A DNA stretch of 64,000 nt, taken from positions 18,008-82,007 of the forward strand of contig DAOUEA010000055.1 of assembly GCA_034430475.1 (NCBI GenBank), written 5' to 3'. Within the stretch, counting starts at the first letter, position 1, and every line of letters begins with the position of its first letter. Source of the DNA: Chloroflexota bacterium (GTDB taxonomy: Bacteria; Chloroflexota; Limnocylindria; Limnocylindrales; CSP1-4). Below, piece after piece: positions 1 to 8,826 of the stretch. Both the position numbers and the translations under genes were made by a program. The notes below the pieces were generated by a model that made no database searches, was not told where the DNA came from, and worked only from the letters and a program-made list of their open reading frames with translations.

Positions 1-312
1 GCCCTCGGTCTGGAGGCGTCGCAGCTCCCAGACAGGATCGATGCCGCCGGCGCTCAGAGCCCACGAGGTCGGCACGGCCACGAAGGCGAAGACGGCCAGG
101 CCCAGGCCGATCGGGGCCAGGGGTCGGGGCTCAGCCTGGGGCAAAGCCAGGAACATCAGCAGGGCGGCCGTGAGCCGGCCGGCGTCCAGCATCAAGGCCC
201 GGTGCCGGGCGCGCTCCTCCGCCAGCGCCTCACGCTCGACCGCCAGCAGGACGGCCAGCATCAGCGCAAAGAGGACGAATGTGACCCAGTAGAGGACCCA
301 GAAGAGGTCCAT
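1..312 (-). CDS. Hypothetical membrane protein, 3' end runs off the window
   Basis: Not in the ORF track. ATG at 312 follows GGAGG; the frame is open to base 1 and reads MDLFWVLYWVTFVLFALMLAVLLAVERE..., with several hydrophobic segments. Confidence 0.6.
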   Translation of the reverse strand, partial: MDLFWVLYWVTFVLFALMLAVLLAVEREALAEERARHRALMLDAGRLTAALLMFLALPQAEPRPLAPIGLGLAVFAFVAVPTSWALSAGGIDPVWELRRLQTEG

Positions 313-420
313 GCCAGCCTCCCGGGCGATGTTCCGCCACCGCACCCGCAGTGCCGGGCGCCACCCTGGGCTCAGGTTAGCGCCGCTCGCGGCCTTCCGG
401 GTATCGGATTCGCGACCTAT

Positions 421-1278
421 CTACCCGACTTGCCGCAGGTCCCAGCGTTCGTCGTGGACGGCCGATTCGCCCGGCCCGAGCGCCACGAGCGGCCCCAGCG
501 TCTCCAGTTCGATCGAACCCTGGTCGCAGTAGACCTCCACGTTGCAGCCCAGGTCGGGATGCCGGGCGTCTGGAGCCGGGTCGAATGAGATCGAGAGGAG
601 CACCGCTTCGCGCTCGTATGTCAGCCGGCCGCTGTGGCTCAGGCAGCCGAGCTTGACCATCGGCCCGGGCGTGGCCTTGACGGAGATGCCGGCATCGGCC
701 AGCGACAGCCGCTCGTCCTCCCACGATGAGTACGGCCAGAGCACCACTTGCCGATTCGGGACGAAGGAGTGCTCGGACACAGGAGGTGGAAGCTCCACCC
801 GCGCTACGCCGCCCAGCTTGAGCTGGGTCACCGGCCAGACGGCCAGGTCGAGGGTGCTGTCTCCCACGTTGCTCAGGACGTGACGCAGGTCGACGGCCGC
901 GCTCTCCGGGGCGAGCCGGACCTCGATCGTCTTGCGCAGGCCAATCTGCTCCTGCACCTGCCCGATGAGCCGAAGGCCCAGGCCGAAAGCCGCATCCGGG
1001 AGCGGCTCCAGGGTCAGCCCGGCCGAATCTGGGATGGAGCACTCCGCTCTCTCGGGCGCGAACCAGACCCGGTGGCCGCCCATCAGCTCGAACCGCCCGA
1101 AGGTCGTCTCCCAGCCGATCTCCGGGGTCTCGGCCAGGATGCTCTCGCCGCCGGCCAGCCCGAAGCGCACGATGCGCGGCCCGGCCTCCGCCAGGACTTC
1201 CAGCCAGCACCGGCCGTTGTCCAGGCGCCGCGTCGGGCGGCCGTGGAAGTCGCCCGAGGTTCCGGGCAAGCCGCTCAT
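421..1278 (-). CDS. DUF4380-like protein (probable galactose-mutarotase-like beta-sandwich)
   Basis: Recognised from WLEVLAEAGPRIVRF, GGHRVWFAPE and IELETLGPL; the start overlaps the GH94 stop (ATGA), indicating translational coupling. Confidence 0.6.
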   Translation of the reverse strand: MSGLPGTSGDFHGRPTRRLDNGRCWLEVLAEAGPRIVRFGLAGGESILAETPEIGWETTFGRFELMGGHRVWFAPERAECSIPDSAGLTLEPLPDAAFGLGLRLIGQVQEQIGLRKTIEVRLAPESAAVDLRHVLSNVGDSTLDLAVWPVTQLKLGGVARVELPPPVSEHSFVPNRQVVLWPYSSWEDERLSLADAGISVKATPGPMVKLGCLSHSGRLTYEREAVLLSISFDPAPDARHPDLGCNVEVYCDQGSIELETLGPLVALGPGESAVHDERWDLRQVG

Positions 1279-3674
1279 TTGATTGTGACGTCGACTTTGA
1301 CCGAGGCGGTCCCCGGCGCCGGGAGCGGCACCACGTCGCCATCCACCGGCCTGCCGTCGACGACGAGCGAGACGACGTTGCCGGGCCCCTCGCGACGCAC
1401 GGCGATCTCATAGGCCGTGCCACGGAACTCGCGGTGGGCCTTGAAGCCCTGCCAGCCGGACGGCATCGCCGGCGCCACTCGCAACCCTTCGTACGTGGGC
1501 CGGATGCCGAGGATCCACTGCGTGGCCGCGACGTAGGTCCAGGCGGCCGTGCCGGTCAGCCAGGCGTTGCGGCCCAGGCCGAAGGACGGGTGGGTCGGTC
1601 CGCAGATGTTCTGGCAGTAGGTGTAGGGCTCGGCCCTGTAGACGTCCGAGTCGGTGCGGGCCAGCGGCAGGATCTGGCGGTAGTAGCGGTAGGCGGTCTC
1701 GCCGTCGCCCAGCATCGCCGCGGCGGCAACGGACCAGGTGTTGGCGTGGCAGAAGATGCCGCCGTTCTCCTTGGCCCCGGGCACGTACGTCGATGTACCG
1801 CGGATGCGCTCGTCGGCGCCGTCGTAGGGCGGCCACATCAGGGCCAGCCCGAACCTGGTGTTCAGCTTCTCGTCGGCCGAGGCCATGGCCAGCGCGGCTC
1901 GCTCCGGCGGAGCCACTTCGCCCAGCACGGACCAGCTCTGGGGGATCAGGTCGATGGCCTGGTGCTCCGCGCCGGAGACGCCGAGCGGCTGCCCGTCGTC
2001 GTCGAAGGCGCGCTTGTACCAGGCCCCATCCCAGGCGTGCTCGTTGATGGCCCTGGCCATAGCGGCGTGAATGCCTTCGAAGCGCCCGGCCTCGGCCGGC
2101 CGGTCCAGCTTCGCGCTCAGGTCCCGCAGGTCCAGCATCGCCCGGCAGAACTGCATGGCCGTCCAGACGCTTTCGGCCTTGCCCGAGCCATGGTCGACGT
2201 TCATGGTGTCGTTCCAGTCGGAGAAGCCAGCGCGCGGCAGCCCGTGGGGCCCCAGGTTGTCGAGGGTGAAATCCACGGCCCGCAGCATGTGCTCCCAGAC
2301 GGTCTCCTCGGCATGGTCCACGTACTTGACCTTCTGCTCGAGGTAGCCGAAGTCGCCGGTCTCGCGCAGGTAGGCGCAGACCGAAAGGATCAGCCACAGG
2401 TGATCGTCGCTGAACCACTGGGGCCACCTCGGGAATTCGCCCGCCAGGCCCGGCCCGCCCTCGCCCGTGAGCGGGAAGAACTGGTGGTGGGTGTGCCCGT
2501 CGGCGAACTGCATCTCCCAGATTTGAGTCAGCATCCGCCGGGCGTGGTCCGGCACGGTGTGCATGGTGCCCAGCGTGTCCTGGCCGCTGTCGCGGGTACC
2601 CATGCCCCGGCCCATGCCGGTCTCGTAGCCGGACACGAAGCGCGACCAGTACAGGGTCGTGCGGCACTGGACCTGGTTCCAGAAGTTGAGCATGGCGTTG
2701 GTATCGGCGTCGGGCGTATCGACGCTGAAACGGCCCAGATAGGCCGTCCAGTCGTCGCGCAAAGCGTCGAACGCAGACGCCACTTCGGCATCGCTCGAGA
2801 ACCGTTTGACGACCCTGTCTATCTCGGCCGGGCGGACGGTGCAGCCGGCGATGTACACCAGCTGGCGCTCCTCGCCCGGGGCCAGCTCGATGTCGTGGGT
2901 CAACGAGCCGACGCTGTTGCCACGCGGCGCCGGGGCGTCGGCGGGGCTGCCTGACTCGACGACGATCGGGTTGGACAGGTCGCGGCCCCGGCCCACGAAG
3001 TCCTCCCGGACGCAGGTGTAGCCGGTCGGCTTGTGGCTCGAACCGAAGAAGTAGACCAGCGGATTGAACTTGGTCATCACTCGGATGACCCCGTCTCCGA
3101 ACTCGCTGTACTGGATGTGCTGCGCCCAGTCCAAGTTGGTGGCGTCGTTTTGGGCGTCGTACAGGCTGAACTCGAAGTAGCTGAAGGTGCGCAGGCGGCG
3201 GGGCGCCTTGCCCGTGTTGCGGACCTTCAGGACCCACAGCTCGCAGGGGGCCGGCTCGTCCACCGGGCTCAAGGGGACGAAGTACAGCATCTCGGCGTCG
3301 ATGCCGCGGTACGAGCTGGCGATGCGCGTGTAGGCGGTGCCGTGGCGGCATTCGTAGGCGTCCGGCCGGTGCCAGGTCGGCGATACCGTGGGGCTCCAGA
3401 ACTCACCCGTCTCCTGGTCGCGCAGGTAGACGTAGCGACCCGGCTGGTCGTCCGGGACGGCATTGTAGCGGTAGCGGCTGACGCGCCGGTTGCGTGGGTC
3501 CCTGTCGAACGAGAAGCCGCCGCCGGTGTTGGAGACGATGCCGCCATAGCGACCCTCGCCGATGTAGTTGAGCCACGGCGTAGGGGTATCCGGCCGGGTG
3601 ATCACGTACTCGCGCGCGGCCTCCTCGAAGTGGCCGTACGCGTTGGCGCCGACTCGCGCCTTGTCCTGGCTCAC
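1275..3674 (-). CDS. GH94 glycoside phosphorylase, divergent paralog, substrate uncertain
   Basis: YGHFEEAAREYVITRPDTPTPWLNY N-terminus, GRGMGTRDSGQD, catalytic SDWND, KENGGIFCHAN; GTG start after GGAGG. Confidence 0.9.
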   Translation of the reverse strand: MSQDKARVGANAYGHFEEAAREYVITRPDTPTPWLNYIGEGRYGGIVSNTGGGFSFDRDPRNRRVSRYRYNAVPDDQPGRYVYLRDQETGEFWSPTVSPTWHRPDAYECRHGTAYTRIASSYRGIDAEMLYFVPLSPVDEPAPCELWVLKVRNTGKAPRRLRTFSYFEFSLYDAQNDATNLDWAQHIQYSEFGDGVIRVMTKFNPLVYFFGSSHKPTGYTCVREDFVGRGRDLSNPIVVESGSPADAPAPRGNSVGSLTHDIELAPGEERQLVYIAGCTVRPAEIDRVVKRFSSDAEVASAFDALRDDWTAYLGRFSVDTPDADTNAMLNFWNQVQCRTTLYWSRFVSGYETGMGRGMGTRDSGQDTLGTMHTVPDHARRMLTQIWEMQFADGHTHHQFFPLTGEGGPGLAGEFPRWPQWFSDDHLWLILSVCAYLRETGDFGYLEQKVKYVDHAEETVWEHMLRAVDFTLDNLGPHGLPRAGFSDWNDTMNVDHGSGKAESVWTAMQFCRAMLDLRDLSAKLDRPAEAGRFEGIHAAMARAINEHAWDGAWYKRAFDDDGQPLGVSGAEHQAIDLIPQSWSVLGEVAPPERAALAMASADEKLNTRFGLALMWPPYDGADERIRGTSTYVPGAKENGGIFCHANTWSVAAAAMLGDGETAYRYYRQILPLARTDSDVYRAEPYTYCQNICGPTHPSFGLGRNAWLTGTAAWTYVAATQWILGIRPTYEGLRVAPAMPSGWQGFKAHREFRGTAYEIAVRREGPGNVVSLVVDGRPVDGDVVPLPAPGTASVKVDVTIK

Positions 3675-3759
3675 TATTGCGCCTCCGATACCAGCCCCCG
3701 CCGGTCGGACATCGACGCGACACGCTCCCGCCGGCCGGCATGCATTCCCTTCTCGCCTT

Positions 3760-6207
3760 CTAGTAGATGGCTTCGATCTCCATCGTCTGGCCGACCTTCG
3801 CGGGCAGCGGGGCCAGGTGGCCCTCGATCTCCTTGCCGTCGACGACCAGCCGAGTCACGCGCCCGGTCGAACCCTTGGGCTTGCGGACGGTGATGTCGTA
3901 GGTGGCCCCGCGGAAGTGGCGGGTGACCTTGAATTCACCCCAATCGGCCGGCAGGACGGGGTCGATGCGCAGCCCGTCGTGCTCGGCGCGGATGCCCAGG
4001 ATCCACTGGGTGATGGCCACGTAGTTCCAGGCCGCCGTGCCGGTCAGCCACGAGTTCTTGGCCTCGCCGTGAGTCGGGGCGTCCTTGCCGGCGATCATCT
4101 GGGCGTAGACATAGGGCTCGCAGCGATGGACCTCGGATATCTCCTCGCGCGCCGACGGGCACAGCCGCATGTAGTAGTCGAGCGCGGCTTCGCCGTCGCC
4201 GACGCGAGTCTCGGCGATCATGACCCAGGGGTTGGTGTGGCAGAAGACCCCGGCGTTCTCCTTGTAGCCCTCGGGGTAGGTGGAGATCTCGCCCAGCTCC
4301 GGGTAGTAGTGGCTGTAGGCCGGGTTGTTGACCACGATGCCGTGGGGCGTGGCCAATCGCTCCTTGACCGAGCGCAGAGCCTTGACGGCCAGCCCGTCCT
4401 GGAGGCCGATCCCAGCCGCGACGCAGATGCCCTGGGGCTCGATGAAGATCTGGCCCTCCTGGCACTCCTTCGAGCCGACGGGGTGGCCGAAGTAGTCGTA
4501 GGCCCGCCGGAACCACTCGCCGTCCCAGCCGGCCGTCTCGACGACCTGCATCATCGCGCCGACCGCTTCGAGGCAGCGCCGGCTCTCGGTCTGGTCGTGG
4601 CGCAGGGCCGCGATCTCGGCCATCTCGGTCGCAGCCAGGACGAACAGGCCGGCGATGAAGACCGACTCGGCGACGCCGCCCTCCTTGTTCTCGGTCGTCT
4701 GGAATGACTCGCCGGGCGTCTGCGAGAAGCAGTTGAGGTTCAGGCAGTCGTTCCAGTCGGCCCGCCCGATGAGCGGCAGCCCGTGCGGGCCGCGCCGGTC
4801 GAGGGTGTACTGGATCGAGCGCTGGAGGTGATCGTAGAGCGGCTTCTCGGTGCCGGTCTTGTTGTCGTACGGGACTGGCTCGTCGAGGATGGCCAGGTCG
4901 CCCGTCTCCTTGAGGTATGCCGCCACGCCCAGGACGAGCCAGGCCGGGTCGTCGTTGAAGCCCGTCCCGACGGAGTTGTTGCCGCGCTTCGTCAGCGGCT
5001 GGTACTGGTGGTAGGCGCCGCCGGTGGGGAGCTGCGTCGCGGCGATGTCGAGCAGCCGCCCGCGGGCCCGGGCCGGGACCATGTGGACGAAGCCGAGCAG
5101 GTCCTGGCTGGAGTCACGGAAGCCCATGCCGCGGCCGATGCCCGACTCGAACATCGAAGCCGAGCGGCTGATGTTGAAAGTCACCATGCACTGGTAGGCG
5201 TTCCAGATGTTGACCATGCGGTTGACGTGCTCGCTGCCGGTCTGGACCTCGACGATGTCCAGCAGCTTGCTCCAGTAGTCGCGCAGGTCCGTGAAGGCCT
5301 TCTCGACCTCGGCCGGTTGGAGGTAGCGGGCGATGACCGGCTGGCAGCGCTTCTTGTTGATCGTCTGGGAGCCCGGGGGATCGAACTTCTCGTCCTGGGG
5401 GTTCTCCTGGTAGCCGAGCAGGACGATCACCTCGCGGGTCTCGCCGGGCGCCAGCTCAAGCTTGACGTGGTGCGAGCCCATCGGCTGCCAGCCGTGGGCG
5501 ATCGAATCGGCCGTCTTCCCCTGTTCGACCACGATCGGCCTGTCCCAGCTGCGGTAGGGGCCCAGGAAGGCGTCGCGCTGCGTCTCGAAGCCGGCCGCCT
5601 TCTCCGAGCAGGCGAAGTAGGCGAAGTGGTCGCGCCGCTCGCGGTACTCGCTCTTGTGGTAGATGACGCCGTCCTCTACTTCCACCTGGCCGATGGAGTA
5701 GTTGCGCTGGAAGTTGGTGGCGTCGTCGTTGGCCTCCCAGAGGCAGAACTCTATGGAGCTGAAGAGGGAGATCCTGGCCTTCGCCTTGCGCTCGTTGGTG
5801 ACGCGAATGCGCCAGATCTCCAGGTTCTCGCCCACCGGCACGAAGTACAGCGTCTGGGCGGCGATGCCCTTGTAGCGCGAGCCGATGATCGAGTAGCCCA
5901 TGCCGTGACGGCAGGAATAGTCCTCCAGATCGCGCTGAGTGGGTTGCCAGCTGGGGCTCCAGAACTCGCCCGATCCGTCGTCGCGGAGGTAGACGTAGCG
6001 GCCGCCCAGGTCCAGCGGGGCGTTGTTGTAACGATAGCGACTGATGCGCCGCAATCGAGCGTCCCGATAGAACGAGTACCCACCGGCAGTGTTGGAGATG
6101 ATGCCGAAGTAGGCCTCGCTGCCCAGGTAGTTGATCCAGGGCAAGGGGGTGTCGGGGCGAGTTATGACGTACTCGCGACTCTCGTCGTCGAAGTGCCCGT
6201 AACGCAC
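3760..6207 (-). CDS. cbp: GH94 cellobiose phosphorylase
   Basis: MRYGHFDDESREYVI, GRGMGFRDSSQD, RADWNDCLNL, KENAGVFCHTNPW; start reassigned to GTG 6207 behind AAGGAG. Confidence 0.9.
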   Translation of the reverse strand: MRYGHFDDESREYVITRPDTPLPWINYLGSEAYFGIISNTAGGYSFYRDARLRRISRYRYNNAPLDLGGRYVYLRDDGSGEFWSPSWQPTQRDLEDYSCRHGMGYSIIGSRYKGIAAQTLYFVPVGENLEIWRIRVTNERKAKARISLFSSIEFCLWEANDDATNFQRNYSIGQVEVEDGVIYHKSEYRERRDHFAYFACSEKAAGFETQRDAFLGPYRSWDRPIVVEQGKTADSIAHGWQPMGSHHVKLELAPGETREVIVLLGYQENPQDEKFDPPGSQTINKKRCQPVIARYLQPAEVEKAFTDLRDYWSKLLDIVEVQTGSEHVNRMVNIWNAYQCMVTFNISRSASMFESGIGRGMGFRDSSQDLLGFVHMVPARARGRLLDIAATQLPTGGAYHQYQPLTKRGNNSVGTGFNDDPAWLVLGVAAYLKETGDLAILDEPVPYDNKTGTEKPLYDHLQRSIQYTLDRRGPHGLPLIGRADWNDCLNLNCFSQTPGESFQTTENKEGGVAESVFIAGLFVLAATEMAEIAALRHDQTESRRCLEAVGAMMQVVETAGWDGEWFRRAYDYFGHPVGSKECQEGQIFIEPQGICVAAGIGLQDGLAVKALRSVKERLATPHGIVVNNPAYSHYYPELGEISTYPEGYKENAGVFCHTNPWVMIAETRVGDGEAALDYYMRLCPSAREEISEVHRCEPYVYAQMIAGKDAPTHGEAKNSWLTGTAAWNYVAITQWILGIRAEHDGLRIDPVLPADWGEFKVTRHFRGATYDITVRKPKGSTGRVTRLVVDGKEIEGHLAPLPAKVGQTMEIEAIY

Positions 6208-6392
6208 GACTCTCCTTCGCGTATACCGATGCCACCGGCCGGCGACGGAAGCGGCCGGTTCTCCACTCAGGAACGGCGGGCGCCTTGGCAACCATGCGCC
6301 CGCGGCACATTATGGCCCGACGCTCACCCGCCCCGCAGGACGAGATGCCAAGCCGGCTGCTTCGGGCCCACACCGGGTAGTACAGTGCGGCC

Positions 6393-7433
6393 ATGGTCAG
6401 ACCAGGCGGCAAGCCCGCCGCGAGACGCGCTCCACCGCCGACACCGCTCGGGGCCGAGCCCGCTCCACTGCCGACAGAGCCCGCTGCGCCCGAGGTGCCC
6501 GCTCAGCCCGAGCTGCCCGCCACGCCCGCGGGTGACCGGCTCTACAGGGCGATCGTCGACCAGATGGCCGACGGCGTCTACCTCGTCGACCCGGACAGGA
6601 CCATCAAGTACTGGAGCCCCGGGGCGGAGCGCATCTCAGGCCACAGCGCGCGTGAAGTCGTGGGCCGGCGGTGCCTGGACAACATCCTGGACCACGTGGA
6701 TGAGAAGGGCCGCTCGCTGTGCCATGCCGCCTGCCCGCTGGCAGCCACGATTGGCGACGGCCGGCCGCGCGAGGCGACGATCTGGCTCCGCCACGGCGAT
6801 GGCCACCGCAAGCCGGTCAGGGTCAGGGCCACCCCGCTGCTCGACGAGACGGGCAGGATCGTGGGCGGCATCGAGTACTTCGCCGACGCGACGGCGACCC
6901 TCGCCGCGGCCGAAGACGCCGATCGGGCGAGGCGCGAAGCTCTGACCGACCAGCTGACCGGGCTGCCGAACCGGCGCATGTTCGACCTGGCGCTGGCCGG
7001 ACGATTGGAGAATCTGCGCCGCTACGGCTGGCCCTTCGGCCTGCTGATGGTCGACATCGACCACTTCAAGACGATCAACGACGAGCACGGGCACGCCCTT
7101 GGCGACGCGGCCCTGGCCGGAGTGGCCGCCACCCTGACCGGAGCTATTCGTTCCGGCGACATGGTGGCCCGCTGGGGCGGCGAGGAGTTCGCCGTCCTTG
7201 TCGAGGCCTCGGACGAAGAGAGATTGTGCGAGGCCGGCGAGAGGATCCGGGTGCTGGTGCAGCGCTCCGAGGCCCGTTTCGAGGGAGCCAGAGTGCCGCT
7301 CAGGGTTTCCGTGGGCGGGACGATGGCCGTCCCGGCAGACACGCCGGAGTCCATCTTCGCCCGTGCCGACGGGGCCCTCTACCGCGCCAAGAACGGCGGC
7401 CGCAACAGGACGGAGATCGCCGGCCAGGGCTAG
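6393..7433 (+). CDS. PAS-domain diguanylate cyclase
   Basis: PAS region, then DQLTGLPNRR, DIDHFKTIND, I-site RSGD five residues before GGEEF. Confidence 0.93.
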   Translation: MVRPGGKPAARRAPPPTPLGAEPAPLPTEPAAPEVPAQPELPATPAGDRLYRAIVDQMADGVYLVDPDRTIKYWSPGAERISGHSAREVVGRRCLDNILDHVDEKGRSLCHAACPLAATIGDGRPREATIWLRHGDGHRKPVRVRATPLLDETGRIVGGIEYFADATATLAAAEDADRARREALTDQLTGLPNRRMFDLALAGRLENLRRYGWPFGLLMVDIDHFKTINDEHGHALGDAALAGVAATLTGAIRSGDMVARWGGEEFAVLVEASDEERLCEAGERIRVLVQRSEARFEGARVPLRVSVGGTMAVPADTPESIFARADGALYRAKNGGRNRTEIAGQG

Positions 7434-7548
7434 GCGCGGCGCGCCCGGGCCGCCGGAGCGGGGCCGGTCCAGGAGCGCAGATCCCGCTGCCCCGGGCGAT
7501 ATGCTGTGGCCATCGTCCGCGCTCGCCGCTCCGGAAGAGGAGGGACTC

Positions 7549-8424
7549 GTGACCACAAGCCGATCGCATCTGGTTGCAGGGCTGGTGGCCCTGCTCTTCG
7601 TCACCACCGCCTGCGGGTCGGGGGCCGCCTCGGCCGGGCCGGCCACGGACGGGGGGCCAGGCGAGACTCCGGCCGCAACGCAGGAGCCGGGAGAGGGCTC
7701 GTTGCCCTCCGGCGATTCGCAGGCCTCGCCTCTGCCTCCCGGGGCGGTGGCGATCGCCACCTTCGGCGACAGCCTGACCGAAGGCGACTGCGACGACTCC
7801 GGTCGCGGCTACCCCGGCCGCCTGCTGCCGATGATCGAGAAGATCCGGCCCGGGAGCACCATGCTCAACGTCGGCCACTCCGGCTGGACGTCGGGCGACC
7901 TGGCCAACACGGCCAACGACCCGCCGACCGACATCGCCCAGGCGATCGACAGCAGCCCGGACATCGCCCTCGTCTGGATCGGCTCGAACGACCTGTGGGC
8001 CCTCTACGAGTTCGGTCCCGAGCCCATGACCTCGGCCGCGGAGCAGGAGGACCTGGCCGCCTACGAAGCCAACCTGGACACGGTCCTGGGACGGCTGGCC
8101 GATCGCGGCGCGTCGATCTACATCGCCCTCCTGGACGACCAATCGAAGCGTCCGTGCGTCGCCGCTCCCGCAGATCCCTCTGCGCCGGACTTCCCGGAGA
8201 CCACCAAAGCCGATCTGGCCCTCATGTCCGCCCACGTGAGCGCCTACAACGACATCATCCGCCGCAAGGCGGCCGAATACGGCGCCGTGACCGTGGACTT
8301 CTACGACACCACGATCTTCACCGACTACGCCACTCTCTGCAGCGACGGCAACCACCCCAACGACAGCGGCTATGACGTCATCGCCGACATCTGGTTCGCG
8401 GCCCTGGAGCCAGCCCTGAGGTAG
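7549..8424 (+). CDS. SGNH/GDSL hydrolase lipoprotein
   Basis: GTG after GAGGAGGG; signal peptide ending TTAC; blocks GDSLT, GHSG, GSND and DGNHPN. Confidence 0.85.
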   Translation: MTTSRSHLVAGLVALLFVTTACGSGAASAGPATDGGPGETPAATQEPGEGSLPSGDSQASPLPPGAVAIATFGDSLTEGDCDDSGRGYPGRLLPMIEKIRPGSTMLNVGHSGWTSGDLANTANDPPTDIAQAIDSSPDIALVWIGSNDLWALYEFGPEPMTSAAEQEDLAAYEANLDTVLGRLADRGASIYIALLDDQSKRPCVAAPADPSAPDFPETTKADLALMSAHVSAYNDIIRRKAAEYGAVTVDFYDTTIFTDYATLCSDGNHPNDSGYDVIADIWFAALEPALR

Positions 8425-8466
8425 CCCCCAGCCGCCGGGCCGGAGGCCGCTCAGCCAGGTACAACG

Positions 8467-8498
8467 CGGCCCCCTCGCGGGTTCCCGCGAAGGGGCCG
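8467..8498. terminator. GC-rich hairpin between the converging SGNH gene and tRNA-Lys
   Basis: cggcccc-c-tcgcggg-tt-cccgcga-a-ggggccg inverted repeat; no clear U-tract. Confidence 0.55.
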
Positions 8499-8514
8499 GA
8501 CGATGATCAGGATC

Positions 8515-8589
8515 TGGTGAGCCCGCAGAGATTCGAACTCTGAACCTAGGGATTAAGAGTCCCCCGCTCTACCGTTGAGCTACGGGCCC
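8515..8589 (-). tRNA. tRNA-Lys (CTT)
   Basis: Reverse complement GGGCCCGTAGCTCAACGGTAGAGC...CTCTTAA...GTTCGAATC...CACCA gives a cloverleaf with anticodon CTT and encoded CCA. Confidence 0.96.
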
Positions 8590-8826
8590 ACGGCCGCGAA
8601 GGATACAGCAAAAGGGCCTCCTGCCGCCGCGCAAACCTCTGCGGAGAACGCGGGACCGCCCGACGCGACGCAGGCCGGCGAGGGCTACTACGGGGCAAAG
8701 GGACTACGACCGACCGGGACCCTGGACGATCTACCTCCCCCGACGGGTGCTGGCTACGATACTGTGGCGGCTGACGCCCCCGGCGCCGGCTATTGGGGTC
8801 CGTCCTGGCTGCAGATCGGCCCAGCA

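Noticed and set aside
3672-3743. 23-codon ORF (MHAGRRERVASMSDRRGLVSEAQ) between the GH94 genes, whose TAG overlaps the next GTG
   Set aside because: The downstream gene has its own GGAGG, and the peptide shows no coding signature, so chance is likely.
8575-8826. N-terminal extension of the kinase, or a c-di-GMP-I riboswitch (GCAAACC and GGGAC fragments)
   Set aside because: The extension overlaps tRNA-Lys and its promoter; the riboswitch fragments lack the GAAA tetraloop and GCAAAG arrangement.
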